Positions 50,495 through 59,749 of a stretch of DNA of 64,000 bases are shown piece by piece. This stretch comes from a virus. Its lineage: Duplodnaviria; Heunggongvirae; Uroviricota; Caudoviricetes; Demerecviridae. The notes under the pieces were generated by a model. That model made no database searches. It worked only from the letters and a program-made list of their open reading frames with translations, and was not told the origin of the DNA. Made by a program: the position numbers and the translations under genes. The stretch spans positions 64,242 through 128,241 of IMG/VR virus record IMGVR_UViG_2974640449_000001. One strand, given 5' to 3'. Each line of letters opens with the position of its first letter. Positions within the stretch are counted from its first letter, which is position 1.

Positions 50495-51034
50495 ATGAAA
50501 AACTTGTGTGATAACCTACGTGACCTTACAACTAAATCTATCAACGACCTAGAAGTAGTTCTAGCACGTTGTGAGAAAGAAAACCCTGTAATCATTAAGC
50601 TGCTAAATCTACCTTCACAAGTCTTGTATAACTTAACAAAGACTTACAAGAATGACCTAAACAGCGTGTGGGGCTTAGTTCATTCTCTACGACATGCTTT
50701 TGTAGACGACGGTGACTGGTCTATCGTTCGTAAAGTTAACAAAGACATTCTAGAAATGCGGGCACGATTGGGGCTAGATACTGAAAATGACATTCCATAT
50801 ACTTACAGTATCGAGCCAGGTGACTGGACTATGAATGATGGTGTGGAAGCCATTATCCTATTCGAAGAAGATTGGGATGCACTAATTGATACTTACATGC
50901 TTCATATTAATTACTACAACGATAACCGTGAAGCTGTAGATAACCATAGTGAAGTGGAAAATAAAAAGTATTGGGAGCTGTTACGAAAATCTGATGAACT
51001 ATACGAAAGCTGGTTCAAAGAACGATTAAACTAA
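50495..51034 (+). CDS. hypothetical protein (179 aa)
   Basis: ORF behind the promoter. Confidence 0.5.
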   Translation: MKNLCDNLRDLTTKSINDLEVVLARCEKENPVIIKLLNLPSQVLYNLTKTYKNDLNSVWGLVHSLRHAFVDDGDWSIVRKVNKDILEMRARLGLDTENDIPYTYSIEPGDWTMNDGVEAIILFEEDWDALIDTYMLHINYYNDNREAVDNHSEVENKKYWELLRKSDELYESWFKERLN

Positions 51035-51063
51035 TTGCTTAACTAACTAAATTCTTATATAAT
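51035..51063 (+). promoter_or_regulatory. early promoter TTGCTT-17-TATAAT with leader; near-identical copy at 51710-51738
   Basis: aaTTGCTTaactaactaaattcttaTATAATatatacataaattgaaacggagatag. Confidence 0.65.
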
Positions 51064-51094
51064 ATATACATAAATTGAAACGGAGATAGTCTTT

Positions 51095-51439
51095 ATGAGA
51101 AAGTACCTTTATGTAGTTCGTATGGATGGTGACATTTGCGGTATCGAGCAACACGACCTTGTAGCGTTCGAAACTGATACTCCTGCAAAACTTACTCAGT
51201 TTTACCAGATTATCCATGAAATGGCTAGCGACCATGTTTCTCAATACATCGACGAAGATGAGTACGAAGAAGAAACTGGCACTGAGATGGAAGTGGACTC
51301 TGAAATCTTCCACTACACACCTGAGCAATGGGGTGATTGGTACACTTGTGCAGAAGGATTGTGGCACGTTAAAGAAGGCTTCCACAACATTGAGCAAGAC
51401 GAAAATGGTTACTGGTATGTTGTAGAGGGAGATAAGTAA
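51095..51439 (+). CDS. hypothetical acidic protein (114 aa)
   Basis: ORF. Confidence 0.45.
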   Translation: MRKYLYVVRMDGDICGIEQHDLVAFETDTPAKLTQFYQIIHEMASDHVSQYIDEDEYEEETGTEMEVDSEIFHYTPEQWGDWYTCAEGLWHVKEGFHNIEQDENGYWYVVEGDK

Positions 51440-51699
51440 TGGCAGAGAAGCGTAAATATGGCTTGCTTGTTAGGGGTGGCAATACACACCAGAAGCTAGC
51501 CTTCACTACTTCAGCAAGCAGTGCAGAAGAAGCACTAAAGGGTTTCACTAGATACTACCAATACAAGCTAGGCGTTAATCCCGACAAGATGGAGACATTC
51601 TTTGTAGTGCCTATTATCGACGGTCAACTAGATTTCTATAGTACTGACTCTAATGGCTGGGATATTAACGACAAGTTCTATCCTGCATGTAACAAATAA
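51439..51699 (+). CDS. hypothetical protein (86 aa)
   Basis: ATGA coupling. Confidence 0.45.
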   Translation: MAEKRKYGLLVRGGNTHQKLAFTTSASSAEEALKGFTRYYQYKLGVNPDKMETFFVVPIIDGQLDFYSTDSNGWDINDKFYPACNK

Positions 51700-51709
51700 A
51701 AATCTAGAA

Positions 51710-51738
51710 TTGCTTAACTAACTAAATTCTTATATAAT
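51710..51738 (+). promoter_or_regulatory. early promoter, duplicate of 51035
   Basis: The 48-bp block ttgcttaactaactaaattcttatataatatatacataaattgaaacggagatagtct is repeated. Confidence 0.65.
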
Positions 51739-51767
51739 ATATACATAAATTGAAACGGAGATAGTCT

Positions 51768-52268
51768 ATGAAAATGAAATGTTACGATTGCGAAGCTGTT
51801 TTTGATGCTGCTGAATACTGCCCTGAGTGTGGCTCAAATGGTTGTCATGAAACTATTGAAGAACCAAAGACTGCTATCTTTGCTGAAATGCAGGCACTAG
51901 AAGGTCAGATATTATGCCTAGCAGGTGACTACATCAAGGCTCTTACTGACAAAAGTATTCCACTAGAGCAGCGTTGGCAAGCTTATGTAGATGCTCCTAA
52001 GTGCATCCACAAACATGATGAATATGTGTATAACGGCTACGATGATTTCTGTCAGAAAGTGTGGGGCGAGTCTATGATGTCTAGATTCTACGATGGTCAG
52101 CGTTACCAACAGTTTGATTGTGTGGACTCTATTCTAGATATCCTTATCTACCACATTGAAGATGAGCTAGGGGTGGACGAAAAAGACGTTGAAGACCACG
52201 AGCTACTTGTTGAGTTCCGTGAGCTAGTTCTTAAATGTCGTGTTGAAACTTGTGTGTGGGATTGGTAA
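51768..52268 (+). CDS. hypothetical protein with N-terminal CxxC...CxxC zinc ribbon (166 aa)
   Basis: MKMKCYDCEAVFDAAEYCPECG. Confidence 0.45.
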   Translation: MKMKCYDCEAVFDAAEYCPECGSNGCHETIEEPKTAIFAEMQALEGQILCLAGDYIKALTDKSIPLEQRWQAYVDAPKCIHKHDEYVYNGYDDFCQKVWGESMMSRFYDGQRYQQFDCVDSILDILIYHIEDELGVDEKDVEDHELLVEFRELVLKCRVETCVWDW

Positions 52269-52269
52269 T

Positions 52270-52500
52270 ATGTGGGTATCCGTTTACGAATTTGTAGCAA
52301 TGGTTGAAGCAACTAACTCGCTGTTTTGTTTAAGACAGCGAACTACACGATTAGAGCCCGCAGCATTAGCTAAACAATGCCAGCGAGACGTTTATGGAGT
52401 GTACCATAACAAAGAACATAATTGCACAAGTCTAGAAGAACGTACAGTGATGGCTGTAATGGATAAGGTACTAGAAGATGCGAAAAGTAATATTTCTTGA
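52270..52500 (+). CDS. hypothetical protein (76 aa)
   Basis: Start moved to ATG 52270 just after the upstream stop. Confidence 0.3.
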   Translation: MWVSVYEFVAMVEATNSLFCLRQRTTRLEPAALAKQCQRDVYGVYHNKEHNCTSLEERTVMAVMDKVLEDAKSNIS

Positions 52501-52957
52501 TTTCGACGGTGTTATTAACGCCCAGACAGGTGAGTGGAAGACTACAGAAGTTCCTGACTATTTAGGCTACTGCCCTCACAACCCAAAACTTATACAAACA
52601 CTAAATATCTTGATAGAACGTTCACAAGCTGATTTAGTTATCTCAAGTACTTGGCGTCTTGGTACAGACGTTACTACATTACAGCAAGTTTGTACTGCGC
52701 TTGGTATTAAAGGCAAAGTCATTGGTAAGACTGACTCACTAGGCAAGTGGACAGTACGTGGCAATGAGATTGACAAATACATCGACGAGCACAAAGAGCA
52801 GTTAGGCTACGATTACTCATGGAATTACAAGTCATACGTTATTTTGGACGACGACTCGGACATGCTTCTGCCGCAAGCGGCTAACTTTGTCCGAATTGAT
52901 AATGAAGTGGGTATTACACTAAAAGACGTTGAAAAGGCTATGCAGGTGTTATCATGA
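52478..52957 (+). CDS. HAD-superfamily phosphatase (T4 Pnk phosphatase-domain-like DxDG motif)
   Basis: VIFLDFDGVIN motif I; VILDDD motif near the C-terminus; 159 aa. Confidence 0.5.
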   Translation: MRKVIFLDFDGVINAQTGEWKTTEVPDYLGYCPHNPKLIQTLNILIERSQADLVISSTWRLGTDVTTLQQVCTALGIKGKVIGKTDSLGKWTVRGNEIDKYIDEHKEQLGYDYSWNYKSYVILDDDSDMLLPQAANFVRIDNEVGITLKDVEKAMQVLS

Positions 52958-53214
52958 CAGACGTAGCTGACCGGTATAGAGTTAAGAAGATTCTAGACCG
53001 AATTAGAATGAAGTACGAGACGGAACTCGTATCTGACCATGAAGGATTTAGAGAATTACACATTTACTGTTGCAAGACACGTTGTAACAGAGTAAACATC
53101 ACCGTTTGGAAGCGTGACCAGACATTTGGGATTTTCGGTGATGATGACAGTCCACAGGGCAAAGAAAGCATTCCTCTTGACAAGCTAGAGGATTTATTGG
53201 AGATTATCTTATGA
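52954..53214 (+). CDS. hypothetical protein (86 aa)
   Basis: ORF, coupled. Confidence 0.4.
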   Translation: MTDVADRYRVKKILDRIRMKYETELVSDHEGFRELHIYCCKTRCNRVNITVWKRDQTFGIFGDDDSPQGKESIPLDKLEDLLEIIL

Positions 53215-53450
53215 AATCTAAGTTTTGGTTAACTATTGCATCATTCCTAGCACCTTTTACTGCTCAAGCTAATATTGACATTCGAGAGCACGAGCTTTGG
53301 TGTGTTAAGATTCAAGATGTTATGTATAACGTTGAGATTGTAGAAATAAAAGGTGAGTTGGTACGAGTCAAGTACATTGACGGCTTGATTGGTATGACTA
53401 ACAAGAAGGATGTTAAATGGTTAACAAAACTGTCCTCAGACTTCATCTAA
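53211..53450 (+). CDS. secreted small protein (79 aa, signal peptide)
   Basis: MKSKFWLTIASFLAPFTAQA. Confidence 0.4.
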   Translation: MKSKFWLTIASFLAPFTAQANIDIREHELWCVKIQDVMYNVEIVEIKGELVRVKYIDGLIGMTNKKDVKWLTKLSSDFI

Positions 53451-53536
53451 GAGTATTGCGATGGTTACGTAAGATTGCCATCGACACTGAAGACCAAGTA
53501 GCTATCGAGAAAGAGATAGCAGATGTATTAAGAAAG

Positions 53537-53562
53537 ATAGCCTCCTAGTGAGGCTATTTTTG
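53537..53562 (+). terminator. rho-independent terminator
   Basis: ATAGCCTC-ctagt-GAGGCTAT followed by TTTTTG. Confidence 0.7.
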
Positions 53563-53587
53563 TATGTGCACATCTAATAAAAATTGT

Positions 53588-53616
53588 GTTGCTCTCGTGG
53601 TATAAATCCCTTATAA
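53588..53616 (+). promoter_or_regulatory. early promoter TTGCTC-17-TATAAT
   Basis: gTTGCTCtcgtggtataaatcccTTATAATatacaggaagaaggag. Confidence 0.5.
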
Positions 53617-53639
53617 TATACAGGAAGAAGGAGAAAACT

Positions 53640-54872
53640 ATGACTAAACTATTAACTAAGGTACAAAAAGAACGACTACATTGGCTATACAATTTGGCGG
53701 AGACATATGACGTTAACGACAAACACATCCCTATCCCAGACTTATCAGAAGAGTCTCATAAGCTGCTAGCAGCTACAGTACTAGCACCCTCTAAAAATGC
53801 ACCTACCCGTTGGAGTATTGATTGGGCACAGCTTGGACTTTCAGGGGCAGATACCAAAGGTATTTGGATTTACTTACAGAAAGAAATAGACAACATTCAC
53901 ACGACGACTAAATTACACAGAAAACGCTCGTTCAAACCTTTCCCACATATGTTCGACCCTCTAGAACCAGAGATGCTAGAATACATAAATAAAGAAGAAA
54001 CTGATGCGCAGAATGTCTATAATATTTTCTTAGCAACACAAAAAATAGTGCATAGAACAGCTATTAGACAGCAAGACGATGCAGAGAGAAACTCGGCAGC
54101 CGTTACACAAATTAAGAAACTAATCACTAAACTTAACCCTGACGTTTCAGAGTGTGGAGCATTGATTGAGCACCTAACTCAGTCCATTAAGAACAAAACA
54201 AAACGTTATAGTATGCTAGTCCCTGCACCTGATTATATTGTAAGTGCCGCTACTGCACTGTATAATAAATACCACAAAGCTATGCCAGTTCCTAGAGTAA
54301 GTGTTAAAGAGAATATACATATACTTGCAGAGCTAGCTACACTAGGATATTTGGTCGGTCCGGTATATAAACACTTTATATCAGACGATGCTTATGAGTT
54401 TCGTTTTGAGCATGTGGGTAATGCCGCATTCTGGAGGGATGAGATTCAGAATGATAAGACATTGCTATCCAGTGTGGTGGGTATGCGCTTAATGCCGTTC
54501 GCATTTGAGGCTAACAGATGTATGAACAACAAGGGTTGCACACCCTCCCTAGAATATAGTAAGGAAGCCAAAATCCAAGCGTTTGATTCTCCTACAGGTC
54601 AAAGTAAGTATGGTATCACACTAGAAGAGTACATGGATTACTGCATGTCCACGTGGTCTGAGCACAAAGATATTATAGTACCAATGATTCAAAGACCTAA
54701 GCCTTGGTATATCTCACAGAGAGCTCCTAGAACTAAGCATGAATGGAACTACTCTGCAATTGCTTTGGATATTAAGCATGAGACTGGCACCCTTATCAAC
54801 CCAGATACTTTAAGATTGCTAAGAAACCATATGTTCGAGAAAACCCCACAGGAGTGGCTAAGTGAAATTTAA
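53640..54872 (+). CDS. hypothetical protein (410 aa)
   Basis: RBS GAAGGAGAAAACTATG; no recognisable motif. Confidence 0.5.
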   Translation: MTKLLTKVQKERLHWLYNLAETYDVNDKHIPIPDLSEESHKLLAATVLAPSKNAPTRWSIDWAQLGLSGADTKGIWIYLQKEIDNIHTTTKLHRKRSFKPFPHMFDPLEPEMLEYINKEETDAQNVYNIFLATQKIVHRTAIRQQDDAERNSAAVTQIKKLITKLNPDVSECGALIEHLTQSIKNKTKRYSMLVPAPDYIVSAATALYNKYHKAMPVPRVSVKENIHILAELATLGYLVGPVYKHFISDDAYEFRFEHVGNAAFWRDEIQNDKTLLSSVVGMRLMPFAFEANRCMNNKGCTPSLEYSKEAKIQAFDSPTGQSKYGITLEEYMDYCMSTWSEHKDIIVPMIQRPKPWYISQRAPRTKHEWNYSAIALDIKHETGTLINPDTLRLLRNHMFEKTPQEWLSEI

Positions 54873-55224
54873 ATACCTAGGGGATACTTATACTATCCCC
54901 GAATCCACCTATAATTTTTGTAAACAAAGAAATCTAGTGCGCAAGCTTTTCAGTGATGCAATACCAACAAACCCAGACTATAGCGCGAAGCGCTATCATC
55001 TTCAAATAGTATCATATTACGAAGACTCTGATGACCTGCGCTGGTGTGTTATATACTCTCAAAATAAAAACTACTATAAGAGATTCACTGATACAGTACG
55101 ACATTTCAGTATCCCTAATCTAACTAAGAAACAATGTCAGTATCTAAAAACCAAGCTAGAGAAGCTACCTGATTTTAGACAAGCAATTACATTAGCCAAG
55201 GAGGAAATAAAAGTATTTTCATAA
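54862..55224 (+). CDS. hypothetical protein (120 aa)
   Basis: ORF; last + strand gene before the repeat region. Confidence 0.45.
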   Translation: MKFKYLGDTYTIPESTYNFCKQRNLVRKLFSDAIPTNPDYSAKRYHLQIVSYYEDSDDLRWCVIYSQNKNYYKRFTDTVRHFSIPNLTKKQCQYLKTKLEKLPDFRQAITLAKEEIKVFS

Positions 55225-55228
55225 AATT

Positions 55229-55258
55229 CTTGACAGTGAAACAAAAATCCCTTATAAT
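55229..55258 (+). promoter_or_regulatory. consensus promoter TTGACA-18-TATAAT with no downstream ORF
   Basis: tcTTGACAgtgaaacaaaaatcccTTATAATataactgtactctagag. Confidence 0.55.
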
Positions 55259-55264
55259 ATAACT

Positions 55265-55400
55265 GTACTCTAGAGATATTTCTAGCAGTGCGAGGCTCAG
55301 GACAACCTTTTCCAGTCTTGATACTGGGAGTGTGGGTGTCCTGGGTAAGATGCCTCGCAGCTGGGAAAGTTATGGGGGAGTATTAACTGAAGAAAACTGA
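55265..55400 (+). ncRNA. candidate small structured RNA transcribed from promoter 55229
   Basis: No ORF. Nested complementary segments GCGAGGC/GCCTCGC, CAGGACAAC/GTGTCCTG, CCAGTCTTGATACTGG. Confidence 0.35.
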
Positions 55401-55499
55401 TATTATAGATGAACAGAATACGCCCCGCATCCCTCTAGCTCTACTCTAGTATCAACTTATTTAATCCCTAGCTTCTTATGATGTTAGGGATTTTGTCAT

Positions 55500-56020
55500 T
55501 TTAGCACCTATAATATTATCTCTAGAATTTGCACCTATAATATTATCTCTAGAATTTGCACCTATGATTTGGCTTGTTATGATGCGAAGCATTGAGTCTA
55601 GCCATGATTCCCCATGTCAATTCTAAAGCATAGGAATTGCACCTAATTGTATAGGTTATTTCGATAATAGTAAAAGACGGATTGACACCGGTTCAAGGAG
55701 CGACCCCCGTAATTGTCAATTGGTTTTTTCAAAAATCTGCCCCAAACGCCCCAAAACTTTATTTTCCTCCATAAAACCCACCAAATAGCACCAAAATCTC
55801 CATATATCTCTAGAATTCGCACCTATCTCATATCCCTAGCACCTATCAATTTTGCACCTATCAATTTTGCACCTACCCCAATAGCGGCATGTTTTGTGCG
55901 CAGCACGAGTCTAGCCGCAAACCCCCATGTCAATTTTGCACCTATAGAATTTGCACCTATAGAATTTGCACCTACATGTATCACTTTTGCACCAATCGGA
56001 TTTGCACCCGCAGGCGCAGA
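55500..56020 (+). repeat. iteron-like array: about 13 copies of a TTTGCACCTAT(a/c) core, including 28-bp and 19-bp tandem units, plus two copies of a GAGTCTAGCC...CCCATGTCAATT block
   Basis: ttTGCACCTATaatattatctctagaa x2.5 at 55500-55575; GCACCTATcaatttt x2 at 55840-55880; tttGCACCTATagaa x2 then variants at 55925-56015. Confidence 0.75.
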
Positions 56021-56086
56021 GGATTAGAGATTACTAATAAAGTATGCCCTAAATTAGGGTTCACTACATTAGGGATTTCTAATAGA

Positions 56087-56170
56087 CGTCTGGATGGCTA
56101 TACGTCCAGATGGCTAGAAGTCTAGAAGTCCAGATGGCTATACGTCCAGATGGCTAGAAGTCCGTATGCC
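56087..56170 (+). repeat. tandem direct repeats (about 22-bp unit tacgtccagatggctagaagtc, 3 or more copies)
   Basis: cgtctggatggctatacgtccagatggctagaagtctagaagtccagatggctatacgtccagatggctagaagtccg. Confidence 0.7.
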
Positions 56171-56199
56171 ATACCGTATAAAATATGGCACGATTTTTG

Positions 56200-56320
56200 C
56201 TTATTAAAAAGTTATCCACAACTGTATATTTATACATGGCTCTAAAACGCTCTATACAGAGTTATCCACAACCTTATCCACCGCAAAACTACTGTATATT
56301 TATACAGTGCTTTTCAGGTA
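56200..56320 (+). promoter_or_regulatory. DnaA-box cluster (TTATCCACA x2, TTATCCACC) interleaved with CTGTATAtttATACAG palindromes; putative replication-origin element
   Basis: DnaA boxes at 56212-56220, 56262-56270 and 56274-56282; palindromes at 56222-56238 and 56291-56308. Confidence 0.55.
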
Positions 56321-56557
56321 GCAGATTATTCCGAATACCGTTTAAAGCTCTTGTAAGCCTCGCTAACAGCATCCTAGCGTTGTAGCAATACCCTAGCAAG
56401 GGGTAAGCCCTAAACAGCCCACACGTAGTACATGCAAGAACCATGCCAACCTGCCTGACGGGCGCGCCGAAATGATAACTATTCTCATTTGCCCGTATAC
56501 AGTACGCCATACGGTAAAAGGTCAAACAAAACGGCGTACCGTGACGCCGTAACAGTT

Positions 56558-56695
56558 TTAATTTTTTAGTCGCTCTACTACCCAATCGCAGCGGCGGTCT
56601 AACTTATCTAATTTTTCGTCAATAACTCGCTGATTCTCTAGTATCAGCTTTTGATTGTTAACGACTAGCTGCAACAGCTCTATAATCTTTTTCAT
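56558..56695 (-). CDS. small coiled peptide (45 aa), paralog of 48874-49026; not in ORF track
   Basis: ATGA-coupled to the upstream minus-strand gene; MKKIIELLQLVVNNQKLILENQRVIDEKLDKLDRRCDWVVERLKN. Confidence 0.3.
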   Translation of the reverse strand: MKKIIELLQLVVNNQKLILENQRVIDEKLDKLDRRCDWVVERLKN

Positions 56696-56916
56696 CGCGG
56701 CTCAAAATCTTTTACTATTTCTAGAAATTCACGGATAGTAATTCCATCGCATCGTATTTCTTCATCCGAGTGTTGAGTATGGCGTACTGTAAACTTGTCG
56801 TATTCTACTTGCTCAATTTCTGAGACTAGCACACCTTTATAGTATAAACCACGTTTTTTGTGTGGCTCATAAACTTGTTGCAAGAATGATACTAACATTT
56901 CACTAGGTCTTAACAT
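56692..56916 (-). CDS. hypothetical protein (74 aa)
   Basis: Minus-strand ORF in a translationally coupled chain. Confidence 0.45.
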   Translation of the reverse strand: MLRPSEMLVSFLQQVYEPHKKRGLYYKGVLVSEIEQVEYDKFTVRHTQHSDEEIRCDGITIREFLEIVKDFEPR

Positions 56917-57158
56917 TAGTCTATCCCCTGTTCACTGATAAACTCACCTATAGCAAACATGCGCTCGCTATCGTTCGGGTAAGCGTCTGAATCAGCCATT
57001 TCAACAATAATAGCTAAATTAGATAAGCCTTGTTTAGCGATTACTAAATCACGGAGCATGTTTTGAGTTACTACGTCTAGCGGATTATGTATCAAACGTG
57101 TATTGAGCATATGCTCAATACGTGCTAGTGCTTCCTGACTTTGTTTTATAGTAGCCAT
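56916..57158 (-). CDS. hypothetical acidic protein (80 aa)
   Basis: Coupled ATGA overlaps on both sides. Confidence 0.45.
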   Translation of the reverse strand: MATIKQSQEALARIEHMLNTRLIHNPLDVVTQNMLRDLVIAKQGLSNLAIIVEMADSDAYPNDSERMFAIGEFISEQGID

Positions 57159-57352
57159 TACCAGGTAGCCTCCAATTGATAAAGCTTCTCAATTACATCG
57201 AATTGCTCGCCTTGCTCATTTTGCCAAACTTGCCCAAATTCGGTGTTTTCTACGTGCTTCATTGCCATAGGTATTGTGTAATATTGCATTTCCCCCATAA
57301 ATGCAATATTACACATCCAGACTTGCCCTAGGGTTTCGACATGTACTTTCAT
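57158..57352 (-). CDS. hypothetical acidic protein (64 aa)
   Basis: Coupled. Confidence 0.4.
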   Translation of the reverse strand: MKVHVETLGQVWMCNIAFMGEMQYYTIPMAMKHVENTEFGQVWQNEQGEQFDVIEKLYQLEATW

Positions 57353-57520
57353 TTTTTAGCCTCCATTAGCTCGCCTAATGAGATTACTATAACCATTGCT
57401 AGAAATGCTCCAGTCATTTTTCAATCACCAAAATTTTGTTATAGTCCATACGTACAGTAAAAAACGGCTTGCCGTTTCTAACCGCCCACAATAGGGCGGT
57501 AGCGTAGTTGTCAAACTCCA

Positions 57521-57841
57521 TTAGACTTTTAACCAACCATTAACAAACGTTGCGCCTTCATAAATAGAACGCCATGTTAATAAATCAGCTCTAGCGTATT
57601 GAAAAAGCATACCGCCATTAGTTGCGCCCTTAGCAAAAGCAATGGCATATGTCAATACTTTTGCTTTTAAAATTTCTTCGACTGACTCAAACAAACTAAT
57701 ATGGGTTGTCAGGTCAAAATGATACTCTTTGTTTGACAAAAAGCATTGCGCCATTTCCATGCGCTTGCTGATAGAAGTGTCAGCATTCAATTGGTAAGCC
57801 GTGCTTACTACTGGAGTAGTTAGATATTGTTTGTATTCCAT
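57521..57841 (-). CDS. hypothetical protein (106 aa)
   Basis: Minus-strand ORF; RBS present. Confidence 0.45.
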   Translation of the reverse strand: MEYKQYLTTPVVSTAYQLNADTSISKRMEMAQCFLSNKEYHFDLTTHISLFESVEEILKAKVLTYAIAFAKGATNGGMLFQYARADLLTWRSIYEGATFVNGWLKV

Positions 57842-57900
57842 TTTGTTGCCCTCGCTTTCTAGCGGTAGTTAGTGGGGACTTTCGTCCCCCCGTTGATTAA

Positions 57901-58284
57901 TTAGTGCGCCATAATGCAATCAGGGTTTTCCCCGATTACCGTATATTCTTCAATCGCACGCTTACCAACACTTTCCCAAGATTGGTCATTTTTTGTTTTA
58001 TTAGCTACACCGTGTAGGTAATAGCCGTTACCAGTATCACGCTCTAATGAGAATGGTTTACCCATATCAAAAGCATTATTATAAAAGTGATGTTCCCAAG
58101 TACCTTCGACATCAAACCAGCGCCACATATAATGCTCGAACATAGCTTTCATTTTGTCTAGTGCTAGCTGACATTCAACCTCGCTGATAATATCAGCCTC
58201 AAAACCGTTGCGAATAATGGCAACGGCTTTATTCCAACCTAGTGAATCAATGGTATCAGACAAGACAAGAAAATCAATTTTCAT
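57901..58284 (-). CDS. hypothetical protein (127 aa)
   Basis: Start moved to the ATG at 58284 behind RBS GAGAGG (track start 58332). Confidence 0.45.
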   Translation of the reverse strand: MKIDFLVLSDTIDSLGWNKAVAIIRNGFEADIISEVECQLALDKMKAMFEHYMWRWFDVEGTWEHHFYNNAFDMGKPFSLERDTGNGYYLHGVANKTKNDQSWESVGKRAIEEYTVIGENPDCIMAH

Positions 58285-58392
58285 GGTAAAACCTCTCGCC
58301 AAAATCGGTGGCGGTATCCGTTTAGGCATCAATTGCCTAGGTCTTTATAATACTAAAACCTAGGCAGGATGTAAAGTGATTTAGCTCACATT

Positions 58393-58728
58393 TTACGATG
58401 TATAGTGAAAATCTACTTGGTCTATACCAATTTCACGCCATACCATAGAACTTGTTTCAAGTCCATAGTTATCTAGCATATCTGATAAATTGGCTAGTTC
58501 GTCTAGGTCGCAATAGCCCTCGATACCCATATCAGAGTTATAGAACATCATACCGTAGGCAGGATGAATCATAACGGCTAACTGAGAATCGTTATCAATA
58601 TACCATATGGTATTTTCAGGGTCTTCATTAAATGCGTTCCCGTCTTCCTTAGTAACAAGGATTATTGAGTCTAGACTCAATAGTGTTGGTGTTTCGGTAC
58701 AGTTAAAAGCCATTATTTCAATCTCCAA
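58393..58728 (-). CDS. hypothetical strongly acidic protein (111 aa)
   Basis: RBS TTGGAGATTGAAATAATG on the minus strand; D/E-rich. Confidence 0.45.
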   Translation of the reverse strand: MEIEIMAFNCTETPTLLSLDSIILVTKEDGNAFNEDPENTIWYIDNDSQLAVMIHPAYGMMFYNSDMGIEGYCDLDELANLSDMLDNYGLETSSMVWREIGIDQVDFHYTS

Positions 58729-59049
58729 TACGGGTAAAAACCTACCGCCATAGCGGTAATAAACATTACTGATTCAAACATACTATGCCTACCTTGTCAA
58801 ATAGTTTTTTCATGGTAGAAGCCGAGGCGATAAACTCGCCAGTGTCGATACTTACACACCACCAAATTACATCAAAGAAAATACGATACATTTTACCGCC
58901 TCCGTTGTTTGGGTAGGTCTATATTTACTCATATTCTAGCCCACTTGTCTAATAACATTTAGTTATATAAAACGATTCTGGCAACGCCAGGCGTTATAAG
59001 CGCTGTAAGCCATTCTGAGAGGTTCTAACAAAAAGCCTTACTTTAATAT

Positions 59050-59180
59050 GTCTAGGTTGTGGATAACCGCTCACAATGGATTCTAGGGGCAGGAAACGCC
59101 ATTCTATATCGGATAAGCTGTGATTTAGGGTAGATAACTTCCATTTTCCTGTTGATAAGTTGTGGATATACAGTAGATAA
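59050..59180 (+). promoter_or_regulatory. second DnaA-box cluster in inverted orientation (TGTGGATAA, TGTGGATAT, GATAAG variants)
   Basis: 59058-59066 TGTGGATAA is the reverse complement of TTATCCACA; 59161-59169 TGTGGATAT; ggataagctgtg at 59111. Confidence 0.5.
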
Positions 59181-59424
59181 CCAGTATTATTAGAGATTGC
59201 TAATGTGAATAAGTCTGTTGATAAAAAGTTGGCACGAAAATTTCCATAGAACAAAGTCAAATAAAAATTCGCTATATAATATAAACAAAAATTCTTTGAC
59301 AAATAAAAATCCTTCGTTCTAGTTCTATTCACAAAAGTGCATGAATATGCAGTTTTTAGGGCAAAAGTGCATAAACCATTTAGTAATGCAATGGTATGGC
59401 TAAGGGCTAAAATCGCTTAGAATC

Positions 59425-59470
59425 GCATACAGAGCGTTTTAAAGGTATGTATAAATATACAGTAGTTTTT
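59425..59470 (+). repeat. inverted copy (about 85% identity) of the 56216-56310 palindrome/DnaA element
   Basis: The reverse complement aaaactactgtatatttatacatacctttaaaacgctctgtatgc aligns with 56216-56258 and 56283-56308. Confidence 0.55.
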
Positions 59471-59749
59471 AAGTTGGCATGATTTTTGAGGGTATGACAA
59501 AGTTCACATTTTATATATACAAGTTTGACTTTTCATTCTAGCTATGGTAGACGCGCGCCCGTTTCCTTATATTTATAGGGCAAAAATACCTGATAGGCAA
59601 AACCTATCAATCTAGTGTTTTTTAAAGATTTAAACGATTAGACTAATTTTCTCAATTCGCTATTATATACCCATACCAACGAGACAGGGCAGCAACAAAA
59701 CCCTATCAAGTTGAGTATAGAAAGACTGAAAAGTTTTTCAAAAAAGTAG

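Noticed and set aside
55500-56020. Possibility that the repeated TTTGCACCTAT units are a CRISPR array
   Set aside because: Units have irregular spacing (19-28 bp and longer), variable flanks and no constant repeat/unique-spacer alternation or leader or cas genes. An iteron/binding-site array fits better.
58994-59332. Minus-strand 112-aa ORF 58994..59332
   Set aside because: It lies in an AT-rich repeat/DnaA-box region, has low-complexity F/Y/L/N composition and no RBS. It is more likely non-coding.
56200-59470. Invertible (shufflon or Gin-type) segment flanked by inverted repeats
   Set aside because: Inverted repeats are only about 85% identical and no recombinase/invertase gene is nearby. 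Kept as a question but not called as a mobile element.
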